Positions 51,401-64,000 of a DNA stretch of 64,000 bases are shown one piece after another (position 1 is the stretch's first letter; the number at the start of each line of letters is the position of its first letter). The position numbers were made by a program, and so were the translations under genes. This DNA is from Antedon mediterranea. Taxonomy: Eukaryota; Animalia; Echinodermata. The stretch lies in the NCBI RefSeq assembly GCF_964355755.1, contig NC_092671.1:7812001-7876000 (forward strand), written 5' to 3'. Under the pieces are notes generated by a model. That model made no database searches, was not told the origin of the DNA, and worked only from the letters and a program-made list of their open reading frames with translations.

Positions 51401-53994
51401 TTAAACCCTTCTATAGTCTATAGTCGGATTAGCACCATACTTCTGTAGAACAATCAATCTTATCATAGAAAAGTCCTACCTATTTACGATTGCTAAAGAT
51501 GTGCACTTTGCTGTTGTATTTAAATACTGTACCGGTTCCTGAATTAATTAAATGAATCAAAACTTTCGTTTTCTTTCGGGTTTGTTGTAGGATAACTGTT
51601 TTAAAACTACTATTATTAGTATTGTTTGGGCCCTTAACGGCGGCTAACATCACAAGAACACGTATTTACAATATTTACATTCGATAAGTTGACAGTGGAT
51701 ATAGTAAACAAAGAGTTGTAAAAGTCGGTTCGCGTGGATATTGTGTTGTTGAAGTACATTCAATGAGGAACTACCGGTACTTCACATTACACATGAAGTA
51801 ATAATTTTGAAATAGGTAAAATGTTTTTTGGTTTTAAGTATAGGCGATTTTTTAAAAACTGTTTTCACTATTTATCTATGTTCCATATTCATGTGTGGTT
51901 TAATATTTCTCTTGACTTTAAATTTTTATAATGAAAATATTAATACTGACAACAAATTTTTGTACAGAAAAACAAAAAACAGCAGTGGCAAATGCTGAAT
52001 ATAAAATATACATGAAGATCCATAATTAAGACTAATATTTTCTTATACTGAAAATAAACGTATATAAGTATTAGGCCCTACATGATCATGACGATATAAA
52101 ACAATGTGTGTTACTCCCACAGTACTCTGACGTATCTGCATGGGATAGTAGGAATTTTATATACAATAATTAAATAAATATGGTAATTATAAATAAAAAC
52201 CGGCAATACAATTGCCATTGGGAAAAATACCGACATGAGAACCATCTCACATGTTATCAATTTAATATAAAGACTTTTGGAGTATTGTTTGATTAAGCTA
52301 TACACGTGCACAAAGCAGTAATAATGAATTGTGTACAAGTTCTTTAAATGTAAAACCCAATGTAAGGCATGTTTAAAAGATAATTACATGTTTTTTATTT
52401 GAAATTCGTGGGAAAAAGTGTTAATTGTTAAGCATACAAAAACATCTTGGGCGAAAAAATAAAAAACCGAGAAAAAGGTATGGAACGCATTGTATGAGCG
52501 TCATCACCCGCGTCATTCAATTTTATATTCACCAGCTTCTTTCGTGATTTTAATCTCATAATATTTCATATTTTCATACAAAATTAACTATATTTCAGGA
52601 ATTTTGCTGTGGTATAACAAACAACGATGTGTATAAATCAAAAGGAGGGAAGGGGGGGGGGGGGCGGGATTAGTATGTACCATATCCATCTCATCGTTAT
52701 CCTTGTTTGTTATCATCGTCTTTCTCATTAAACATCGTCTTCCTCATTCTCAACAATTATCAATATCATAACCATCATCATTATCCTTACATTTTGCAAT
52801 CGCCTTACTCGCCGACTTCTTTCTTTCATTATTATTTTTCTTAATAAAAACATTCTCACATCATCCTCATTGTTTTACAAATATTTAATTTTGATCTTCA
52901 TTTTGTTCATATCATTGTTACAACTATGTTTATTCATAAGGTCTGGTTACTATTTCATTCCGGAAGCAATAAAGTATATAAACACTAAGGTGATGCATAT
53001 GTGTTTTATAGAACATTCAAGTAATTGATTCGATCCGTTTTCAACAGTTAACATTCATAATAAAATCACCTTATTACAGTTATCCTTGTAATAACCTTAT
53101 AAGCAACCATGTCCATCCGTTCATATTTAGTTCTATATACGACTTTTGGTCATTCGCTTTACCTCCCAGTAAACTTCATCGAAAAGAGACCATTAGGAAC
53201 AATTTTACGTCAAAACATCAAAGTGTCGCCGCTGCAGGAGCGTAAAAAGTAACCAAACTGTCATTTATGGGCTACACACGGTAAAACACAAATAACCATG
53301 GCTGTTGTTTTCTTTTTATATTTTACGTTAAGCACAAAATGGAGTGCTATCTTTCCTTTCTTCAGTTAGTACTCGATTTTATTCGAAATTATTTTATCGA
53401 GTCATGTTATTATTTAAATGAAATATTACAAATAAAAGATAAATCGTGTTTGGATCTTCTTTTTACCACCAAAGAGCTCAATCTGTCTAGGTAAATGTTT
53501 GAACTTTACCTTCTGTGTATATAGTCTGTTTTATTTACGAATGCTTGATCTTGTTTAAAAGTTTTGACTGATGAAGTAACGATAAATAAATAAATGCATG
53601 TGGTGCAGTACGTGAATCATTTTAATTCTTCTCAGAATTCTTTTACATTGATTTTCAGTTTTGTATTTGTAACATTTTTCTTCCCAGGATAAATGTTATT
53701 TTGAATACCCTATCAATTATTTAGTGCCAATCTGCAACAATTAAAAGTGTTGTTGATCGTCAGTTCATTCAGTCAGTTAAACAAAATGTCAGCCCTCTTA
53801 TAATTTCTTAGAAATTCAGACTAAGAGGCGTGTTTACAAATTTATTCTGAATAATGATGATTATAAAAACAATTTGTACACATTTTAACACATTTTATTG
53901 TATTGTCTATTGATATATAATTCAAATACAATATATACATAGATATATACGTAGATAATTATCTAATGAAAAGTAATCAACGATACTATCTAAT

Positions 53995-54325
53995 ATTAAC
54001 GACGATATTGACGATCGTTATGCCCTATGATGATGATGGTTTCTGATGATGATGCTTGATGACGATGTCTGATGGCGATGCCTGATTATAATCATCAAGA
54101 TGCTGTTAATGATAGTGAGTGATGCCCGGTGTTGATAATGATGATGAATTAATACTTTTTAGATAACTGATCTTAGGTTTCTTCTGCTGGTGATTTTGAC
54201 AACGACAATGATCAGCGATGATGACTGAAGATCATAATGAATAGTGGGTAATGAAGATAATGATGAAGATTATTATGAAATAAGTTTTATGTACGGAGAC
54301 GTTACAATGATGACAATGCAATTAT
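53995..54325. repeat. Degenerate (GAT)n low-complexity tract
   Basis: Many GATGAT/GACGAT/AATGAT units; similar tracts at 33140-33230, 52685-52920 and 58090-58210. Confidence 0.6.
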
Positions 54326-56639
54326 ATGATTGGTAATATTGCATCAGTTATATATCTAAATATACAACGTATATAACAATACTATAGTGACTGTATGTTA
54401 ATGAGTAATGGGTATAGTATATAACTGACTTTTTAGCTTTGTTTAAACATGTATTTAAAATTATTAATAGACCAATAATACATCTTCATTGTATATGTTT
54501 AATGAATTCACAAATATACTTGATTTGTATTATAGAGACCAATATTCTCTTTATCGTATACAGAATATCAACGAATTAATATGCATATCCATGTCTACTC
54601 GCTGAGCACGAGACTAAAAACACATAATATTGATTCAAATTGCACCTGTTAGATATATAAAACAAATTAAATAAATTACATTTTTCGTTTTCCTTACCTA
54701 ATTTACAACAATTATTGTTTACTATTAATATTCTTTCATTTAAATTAGTATGAATATTAAATAATATGTCTTCTCTTTTTTCTATTATTAATGAGTTGTT
54801 CGCGAGTATATCTGTGAGTTAATGTTAAGTCATAATTCTAGCAGGTCCGTATGCCTTATTAACGATGTCTATAACTGTACTCCATATTCTTTTACTGCTA
54901 ATAAAACGGAACATTACTTCCCAATAGTTGTAGTTTGATTTGCCGCTAGAATTTTATAACAACCATATAGTTTTCATGACAAGTTTTAGTTGAAGAATAA
55001 ATAGCAATACTGAATTTCATCCGCTTGCATATTTCTTTTCGACGCTGGATAGAGTACGTGCAATTGGATATATAAAAACAATATCACAGGACTTTATAAT
55101 ATTTTAGCGTAATGAGACTAGATTTGTAAATTATAATTCTTGATAACGACTTAATATTATTAGTACAACTGATGACGTACATTAACACGTGAGTAAAAAT
55201 ATATATATTTTTTGATAACTGATTGAATTATTTTTTTATAATAATTTTGTGTATGGGTTACCGTATAGGCCTATGTACACATAACCCATTACTGATCAAT
55301 TTATTATAAAAATGAATAAAAAAAAACATGAAAATAAATTTATTTTGTTCAATTTGCAAAATTAGGCCTACAGCATATAAATTATGAATTAGTTTAACAT
55401 ACAGCCAATTTGATTCTGAAAAAAAGATAGTGTAGTATAATTATAGGAACTTTTTAATATGAATAATACAAAGATTTCCCGTGGTACGTATGTTCACCTT
55501 ATGATAGTCAATTTTCTTTTGTATTATTCCTGTCACTAAATTCGCCCTCCGCCCAAAATGTACTATTGCATAGGAAACCCGACACACTGAGCATTGAATT
55601 AACTTGAGCGGAAACTATGTTTGAAAAGTTGTGATAAAAAAATAAAGTTACAAATTATTAGTAATGAGAAGAAAAAAACTTATTATTATTATCAAAAATC
55701 GATAGACTACCCACATTTTGATAACTTCATAATTTGCATATTAACAGTAACAATTACTAATGATATTTTACTGTTATTTAATCAAGTGTAGGCCTATTTG
55801 AGTTTGAGTTAGAAATTCAAATCCTAAAATATTTTTTTTTTCCAAATATGCTAATTTACTAAAATAAAGGTAATTGATTCATGTAAAAAGAATAAATAAC
55901 GACATTGTGTGTCTACAGGTTATTCTGTACGTTGGACTTAAAAGGATAATGTTTTCATAACTGACAAAAAAAAAATAAAACGCGTTTATAAAAAACATGC
56001 AAGAGTATATTATATGAGAAATCCTTTAAATGGCCTACTGGTCAGATGTCCAGCTTTTGTAAGTTCAAACAAATTGTAATGAAATTGTTGCTTGCCTTCT
56101 AGCATTTTAAGTTAAAAAAGTAAATGAATTATGCATTTTAATATTTATGAACATGGTTGGACTATTAATATCTCCGACATATGTCTATTTCCCATGTTTT
56201 TATTGCTAATATGCAGTACATGCGTGACTTTTTATTAAATTTTTATCTATTGTTTACATCGCGTCAATAATTCGTTTTGTTTATTGTAATGCAGTGACGC
56301 ACCAAGGCAACGTGAATAATTTCGGGTTGAAAACCAGTTTTTTCTTTAACAATACTATACTAAAACACATCAGTTCTTATATGTTATTCAAATTTACCCT
56401 ATTACATGATAATATTATATAGTTTATGAATTACGATAAATTATTGAAATTTAACAATACATTTTATAAAATGTAACGACCTACATATTGAACTGTAACA
56501 ATTAGTAACGGCACGTTATTTTTAAAAAAATAACCCCAAGATGGCGGTATAAACCGACTGCGCAATAAATTTAATAAACTGCCGTTTAAAAAGAGTACTT
56601 TCTCTATAGTATTTCCTTCTTAAATGCCATTTAGAAACA

Positions 56640-56703
56640 ATATTATTATTATTATTATTGTTATTATTATTATTATTTATTATTATTGTCTTATTATTAT
56701 TAT
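56640..56703. repeat. Imperfect (ATT)n microsatellite
   Basis: Direct reading. Confidence 0.85.
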
Positions 56704-59700
56704 CATGGAGGATATTTCCTCCATGCTATTATCTTGGAATCTGTTTTTAACTAAATTAACTCGAAGAAAACTATTTTGTATAACGTACGCAATGACGTCA
56801 TTAACTGAAATTGGTATATTGTTAAATCTTGTTAATTTTTTATTAATATACTTGTAATTTTGAAAAACGAATAGGCGTCTACAATGAAATATATGTAGGC
56901 CTACACTAGTTTATTTTTATGAGATTACACAGAACAAGATGATGATATATCACTATGATTTTGTCATCAATGGTTGCAGGTGCTAATGTGACGTAATTTG
57001 TTACGTCACTTGTTGTAAAACGTGTTTTTAAACAGTTATATCCTATATATATTTTTGTTACATGCTTTTATTTTAGGTTAACTTAAAATTATGCAATTGC
57101 ACTGTTTAATTTTTTCCCGACGTAATAATATTAATGTGTGCTATAGAAAAACGATTTAAGCCTATACATAAAATTAGGATCCGATAATTAATTAATGCTT
57201 TTTTAGTATTCGACAATTCGCATTCGCATTTATTTTCTTTCTTATGCCCCTTCATCCTTTTTTTACACACACACGCCACACACATCTAAAGCATATAAGA
57301 TGCTTAGATGATTTTGTATTATTTTTAACGACATCCGCGGCCTTACCTGAAGTTAGTAAAGGATCAAACATGCCGTTATTATTTTCCAATACTGGTAATG
57401 TTCATTTGTAAAACTAATCCCGGATATTGACTTTCATAACCATGTTTATAAATAATTATTTCAAATTTCTGACAGAAAAATGTATATGCTTATGTATATT
57501 GATTATACATTCAAATAAGGTATATTAAATTAATAATTATAATCATAATATTATTATCCTATATATCTCATAACCGCAAATTGTCAAGTTAAATTTTGTA
57601 CCTTTATATTTTGAGCCAGAGAGAGTGAGTCCAAAGTGTAATAATATTTATATTTCTAAAAATAACAGTCATTAGATCATTAGATCGTTTGAACGCGCGC
57701 GAATTTCCTTCGTGATGGTAACTAACGAATTTACTGAAAAACGTTATTTAGGCCTAATATTGAAACAATATTATTATACAAATATTGATACAGCAAGTCA
57801 ATGACTTAATTTTACCTCATATTTTTACATATTTAAATTCTTTTATAAATTGATATTGACAAGATATCATATTCAATTAATAACTTTATAATGTATGCGA
57901 ATTATGCCTGAATACTGTATTAACAAACACGTTGTGATCGGGAGGATGGATCAAACTTAGTAATAACATATTTGATTGATGTGTCGATTTTGAGGCGATT
58001 TTCTTAAACTAAACAATATATTGTGGACGAAGAAGTAATCGTATAATAATATTGTTATAATAATAATTATTATTGTGTTGATAGCGGATGTTGGTGAAAA
58101 TGACGAGGATTATTAGAGAACAAATATCTGTAATAATATAGTAACTTGATGAAAAAGAAGAAGGTGATATTGATGATGATGAGAATGATTATAAGGAGAA
58201 GGAAGAATAAAATAACATAACTAATAATCTCTAAATTTATTTTAAATAATTGAAAGCATTAAAATAAAATTAAATGATTATGAAATTAACATATTACAAA
58301 ACAATACAACATTTTGTATTTTGATATCACCCTTCTTCTCGGTACTCACTGCATTAACTATGTCATGGAAAAATACAAGCTCTAATGTTAACAAATATGT
58401 CTACGTTCTTGTGGCACCTGAGCCTGGCAAGGTGTGAATTTGCCTTCAAATCCCACGGGGCTTCACCTCTGGTTCTCCGGTAAGCCAAACCAGGCACATC
58501 ACCCTGGCCAAACAGAATTATTCTTATTGGTTATAAATCTAATAATATTATACTAAGATCACTAAGTTACATTTTATAGAAGATGAAACAGTTCGTTCTA
58601 AGTTAGGGGTACCACTTTTGGGTGAGTTGTAATTGAAACGTTATTGTTATTTTAACACTATATATTATACATCTTTAATACAGTTTAAACGTACTATAGT
58701 TATAAGCTATAACTTAACCTAATATGTGTTTTTCTATGTTTGATGGGTACTCCTATTTTAATTTGTATAAATATTTACAGCTACGTCTCCACATGTTAAA
58801 AGTCCACCAAACTCATGGCTTAAAAAAAAACTATAGGCCTATAGTTCGCCAAACGTATCGTTATTTTCATTCTATTTTGTAAAAATAAAAATACTGTACT
58901 AGACTACACGAGTGTTCATAAATCCAGTTTAATATATACATATATCCTTACGATTCATAAATCTAACTCGTCAACAAAATCCTCATTTTCAAATTTCTAG
59001 CATTATTTGCATAAGCTTCTAAGTGATGCAAAATTACCTCCGTTCTAGTTAATATCAATTAGAAATAATACCGCTAACTTATGTCCAGAAAAATCAATTT
59101 TGATTCGAGTAAGTTTTGTGAGGACTTTAAGCTTAAACACATGAAACATTATATGTTGAAATATATGATACGTTAAAACTGGCTGCAGACTTAAGGGATT
59201 ATGTATAAAATAAACGTAAGCTTGTACGGATGGGATAGTTTACACAAATGCATACAAATGCTAACATATTAGTAGATTTCCGTGCTTTAAATATTGTAAT
59301 ACAGATATTGTAACAATGCAAAATAACGCACAATAATTATTAAGATAAACAAGAAAATGATATGATATAAAACTAAATTAAAAACAAACAAAAAATGGTC
59401 ACAGTATTTTCTTGTTAACAATATCTTTGCAATAATATGCAGCTGTTCGTTTTTTTTTGTTGCGAAGAAAAGGTTATTAATTAATAGTGTCATGTCGCAT
59501 ATTAAAATTATTTTATATTTCGATTGTATTACATTTAAATTAACTTGGTATAGAAGTGTGTATATTTTTCATTAAAAATATATTATTTTTTGGTGAACCT
59601 ATAGTGTGGAGTGTAGTAAAAGTGCTGAAAAGCCTGTCATTGTCACCAAACCAATACCGAAATGGAATATACAAGTATACAATTTTTAAAGATAAAAACT

Positions 59701-62700
59701 CTAAAGAGGTTACAAAATTAGGCCTAAGAAAGATAAGAACGAATTTATTAAAATGTTTAAACCAATATTAGTTCATGGTAAGGGTTCTCTGTTTAATAAT
59801 ATTTCTTATTTGAATATTACAAATAAGATTTGTCATATTCTTCGTCACTTAATTTTACGTCAATGTTTGTTTAAGCCTAAATCAGTGTTTAACCTAAGCA
59901 AAACATTTCTATATAGTCTAATATAGCAAAAGTTTATTCCTTAAGAAAAAAGTATCTTACTGGTATGATAAATGAGGTTTGATTAAACACAAACTAGAAA
60001 GGAATGAATAATTTCGGAAAATTTATTTATATAAAAGGTATTCTGTAACCTACATTAACGAATAACTATAATTCAATCTATTGATTCTAAAAAATAAATT
60101 CATTAGAACATGATTCTACATTATGGTCAATGGCACCATGCTTCTGGCTGTTATCCGCATTACCAAAGTGATACACAAATTGATTTTCTCTGTTAATTCT
60201 ACATTGATTCTGAAACGTGTCTGCAGAAACAAACCTGACATTCTCAACACGCTCAACAATGTTATGAGCGAGTTCTGTCGGGTATGAAGGCACCTCAGCG
60301 CCGATACCATAACGAAAACGAATTAGTTTTCTGTTGAGTAATTAGCAATAAAAATACTGCTAAACTGATAATGTGAGAAAATAAATCAAATAGAAATTGG
60401 AGATGAAATTAATAACCGAGACTTGAGAATATTTGTCATGCTTTGTGATTCGTCTAGAATTGATTGGAATTACGATTTGTTATTAGGCTATGCTGTTTAG
60501 TCCAAAAGTTGCTCAGTATTTAGGCGTACTTTTGATATTCATTTTTTAAATCAAATCAAATGGTCATAATTACAATGTTTTGGTTTCATGCATTTTTTTA
60601 ATTCTTACATTACACATAATTATAATATTATTGTCTGCGTGTCACAAATTATAAACTTAAAAAACACACATACAAGCATTGGTCAGTGGTTTCTATAATT
60701 TATAACAAGTTTAAAAAGCTTTATCAATAATTGTTTAGTGATTATTTCTCTAAAATACATTTCTATTCGTAAAAAGTATACCTAAACTGACACATTGTAA
60801 GTTTGGAAAGATAATACTGCAATAATAATTAGGGCTGAATTGCAAACAAAAAATACTAATATTTAGGTCTAATCAATAATAGGCCTACACAGTTTTTAAG
60901 TTAATTTAAGGGAAATTGGAATTATACCATACAATATTAAATTGTGCAATTAAACATAAATTATCAAATTAATCACCAGTATTATACTCAATTCCTATCT
61001 TCATTAATATATACTCTTTATATTATATCTACACACTATTAGTATTATTATGTTTATAAACATGCCGAGGAAAAGCGTAAGCCCATGCAATCAGTATGAC
61101 AAAGAATAGAGAATAAAAGAACGCTACAAATTGATTTTTGATCAGTTTTAAAATAGTTACAATTGGAAAATTAGGCGGTAATCACAAGTGAATAAGCATT
61201 GAACGTGTATTCTGAAAAAAGAAAACATGACACGGTGTTTGTATTCCCGTCGTTTGCAAAAGCGACGCGTGCTGACGACGCTCACGTTAGGATTATGTTT
61301 TTCTTTCACTAATGTCTGTTTTTACGACAATTGTTTGGATTTTTACAATAATACTTTGACATAATATTATGAAAGATATTAATTTTCATTATTAAATACA
61401 ATTTGGCTTTCTACAAAAAAAAAAAAACCCTCTTATTTGAAACAGTCGAAAAACAGAGTTAATTTGTTTTTTTAGTTTCAGACTAAGTATTCGTATTCAC
61501 GTTTTAACAATGTATGGTTACATAACAATAACGGTGTTCATTATTACTATTAAATAGTAATACAAATGTATGTTTTCATTTATCATACCGAATTAAGAAT
61601 ATAAAAATATTAAATAATAGGATTTTCTTTTACAAAAAGTTTGTTTTTATAATCAGTATTCCAGACAACATTGCTACAATGGTTGTGTTTCTTAAGATTT
61701 CAAAAGAATATGTTGCTTTCAAATATATTTAAAAAAGACATAATTTAAAAAAAGGTTACAAATAAGCTGAATAACGTATATTATTATTCACAGCTGTGTT
61801 ACAAAGATGGGTTTTCTAACTCAATCGAATTATGCATACATCGTATAATAAACGAATCTATTTTCATGTAAATTTTATATCTAGTTTTATTGATCATGTA
61901 TACTGTTTTTGAATAATATGGGCGGCTTACAAGGTCCGTAAGTCTTAGCCCACTAAATAACCTCTATAATTGTATTAAATGGGAAAGACACTGACGCCGC
62001 AGACACGATAACAAATGAAACAAATTAAGGGAAAAGAGAGGAGATGTTATAACACATTTAGGTGAAACACCCCCCCCCAACCCCCACAAAAAAAAAACAG
62101 GATGGAATGAGAAACATTGAGGAGAGGACACCAGGAACAGCTTGAATTAAACAAAATGGCAAGTTCTTTTCAGATGAAAATCGGTCACCCTACATTAAAA
62201 TTCATTATTTAAAACAATTTATTTTATGGTAAATTGTAAAATAGGTAACTAACAATTAAAACTAATTTATTATAACTATAAAAATTGCCACGTATTTTTA
62301 AGTACTGCATAACATTAAGACTGTTTGTATTTATACAATAATATTATACCTCATTTTAATATAATAGCGAAATAAACCTAGGACTTGAATAATTAGGTAA
62401 ACGATCAAATTATTTTTATGTCTGAGATATTATGTAGTAGGCCCAATACATAATTCGATGCACTAAGTACTGTACGTACAATTTAAGTTGAATTTAATAA
62501 GTGGTATGCTTTTGTTGATGGAAATTAAAAATGACATACTGATTATATAAGATTACAACAGCTTAGCCTTATTAAAATAAAGATATAATTTCCATTAAAG
62601 GATTTAAGCTATTGGAATTATTCAGGAGGAATATCCACGTTTATGATATAGGTTGTCATTTCAATTCTACATAGGCCTACAGTTTTAAATGGAAACTATG

Positions 62701-64000
62701 CTGGGCTTCAATTATTAAACTATTTAAAATGTTCTTTAAAAAAAAACAATGTAAAGGCATAACAGCTGTACTCGTGCAAAAGTCCTAGCGACATAATATT
62801 TGAACAAAACATGTTTCGTCTAATTGCAAACTCCCATTTAATTTTGACTGATTTTTACCCACGGATTTCTACGTTTACATGCAATATCTGTTTTCGTCAA
62901 CATGTTTGTAATATTTGTCTAGTTATTAGAACTTTAACTAAATGAATGAAAAAATTTATGATGAAAACAATAAGCTTCTAACATTCAAATAGGACTTTAG
63001 GCCTATCACTTTCGCACCACTCCCTCACCACCAATATCACCCAGTTCAGAGCCCGCTTGCACACACATTACAACACTGTTTCCTGTTATAAAAATGATAG
63101 ACAATTCGTAATTATCTTAAAATGAAATAAAATAGATGAAAACAACATGCATCGGGATCCAAATTGTAATATTCGAGGAACATTCTACCAGAGCTTTTGT
63201 ATTAAACAAAGAGGGCGTTAGTCCTTCTTTTCTAAAGTTGCTCTTTTATTTGGAGTCGTATTACAGTATTGGACTTTTGCAAATACTGAACAACTTCGAT
63301 TATAACACAGAAACAGACAATAACGTATATATTTTATACAATTGTGAAGTGTAATTCATACAATTTTTATATAAAATTATGAAAAATCATAATGTTATAT
63401 TGTTTTATTAGTTTCATTAGAGTTTTTATTTTATAGTTTTTATATTTGTTACTACTACAATACAGCCCTATTTAATGTATACAATAGCATATAATGTAAA
63501 TTATTGGAATTAAATCTCCAGTTTAGAAAGGGAAAAGATATAGTAAATGTGACATTGTTATGCTTTTAGGCGTATATTTAAAGTTATTCAATGTTTTATC
63601 ACAAGACATTTCCATGTGTGGTCTATTTAACCACCATTGCATATTCAAAATCAGACTGAAACCGAACCAGAAAATAGGCCTAACAAGGGTTTAAAGTTCA
63701 TTGACCATTCAGTCAATGACTCACTTTGTTATTACATATTGAAACTGAACTCATATTTATTCAAGAAACATTAATAACTTATGCATATTGATGATCACAC
63801 TTTTTTGTGTGTAAAGAACCGAACCAAAATTATTTAGTTAAATAAATTACAATATTTGGCTATTCATTATGAAAAAATAAGATTATTAAAAACATTACAT
63901 ACAGTACATAAGTAGAAATGAAAAATGGTATTGGTACAAACTAAAATTCACTAGCTTTTAATTAAGTTTAAGACCTACAATGTGATAACATAGGCGATAT

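Noticed and set aside
17322-55190. Other CTGANGA words (17322, 22040, 49127, 53568, 55169) as hammerheads
   Set aside because: No stem II closed by a correctly spaced GAAA and NUH site.
1-64000. CRISPR arrays, operons, tRNA/rRNA genes, intact transposase or reverse transcriptase ORFs
   Set aside because: No regularly spaced repeat-spacer units, no recognisable structural RNA genes, and no long ORFs beyond the Hox exons.

Overview
AT-rich eukaryotic (animal) genomic DNA with no prokaryotic features. It holds two intact two-exon Posterior (Abd-B-class) Hox genes transcribed convergently. Gene 1 is on +, join(4376..4838,15750..16015), 242 aa, best matching echinoderm Hox11/13c. Gene 2 is on -, join(46918..46444,36630..36320), 261 aa, best matching Hox11/13b. 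Each has one ~10-11 kb phase-1 GT-AG intron just before the homeobox. The tail-to-tail c/b layout fits the posterior end of an echinoderm Hox cluster; the low GC may point to a crinoid, which is inference only. The rest is non-coding: MITEs, LINE/SINE tails, microsatellites and candidate enhancers. Most notable are four minimal type I hammerhead-ribozyme motifs of the Penelope/retrozyme kind (two families, two with intact cores), 33 copies of the palindrome TAGGCCTA, 22-30 bp palindromic insertions with 7-bp target duplications, and an intronic pre-miRNA-like hairpin. All other ORFs in the track look spurious.
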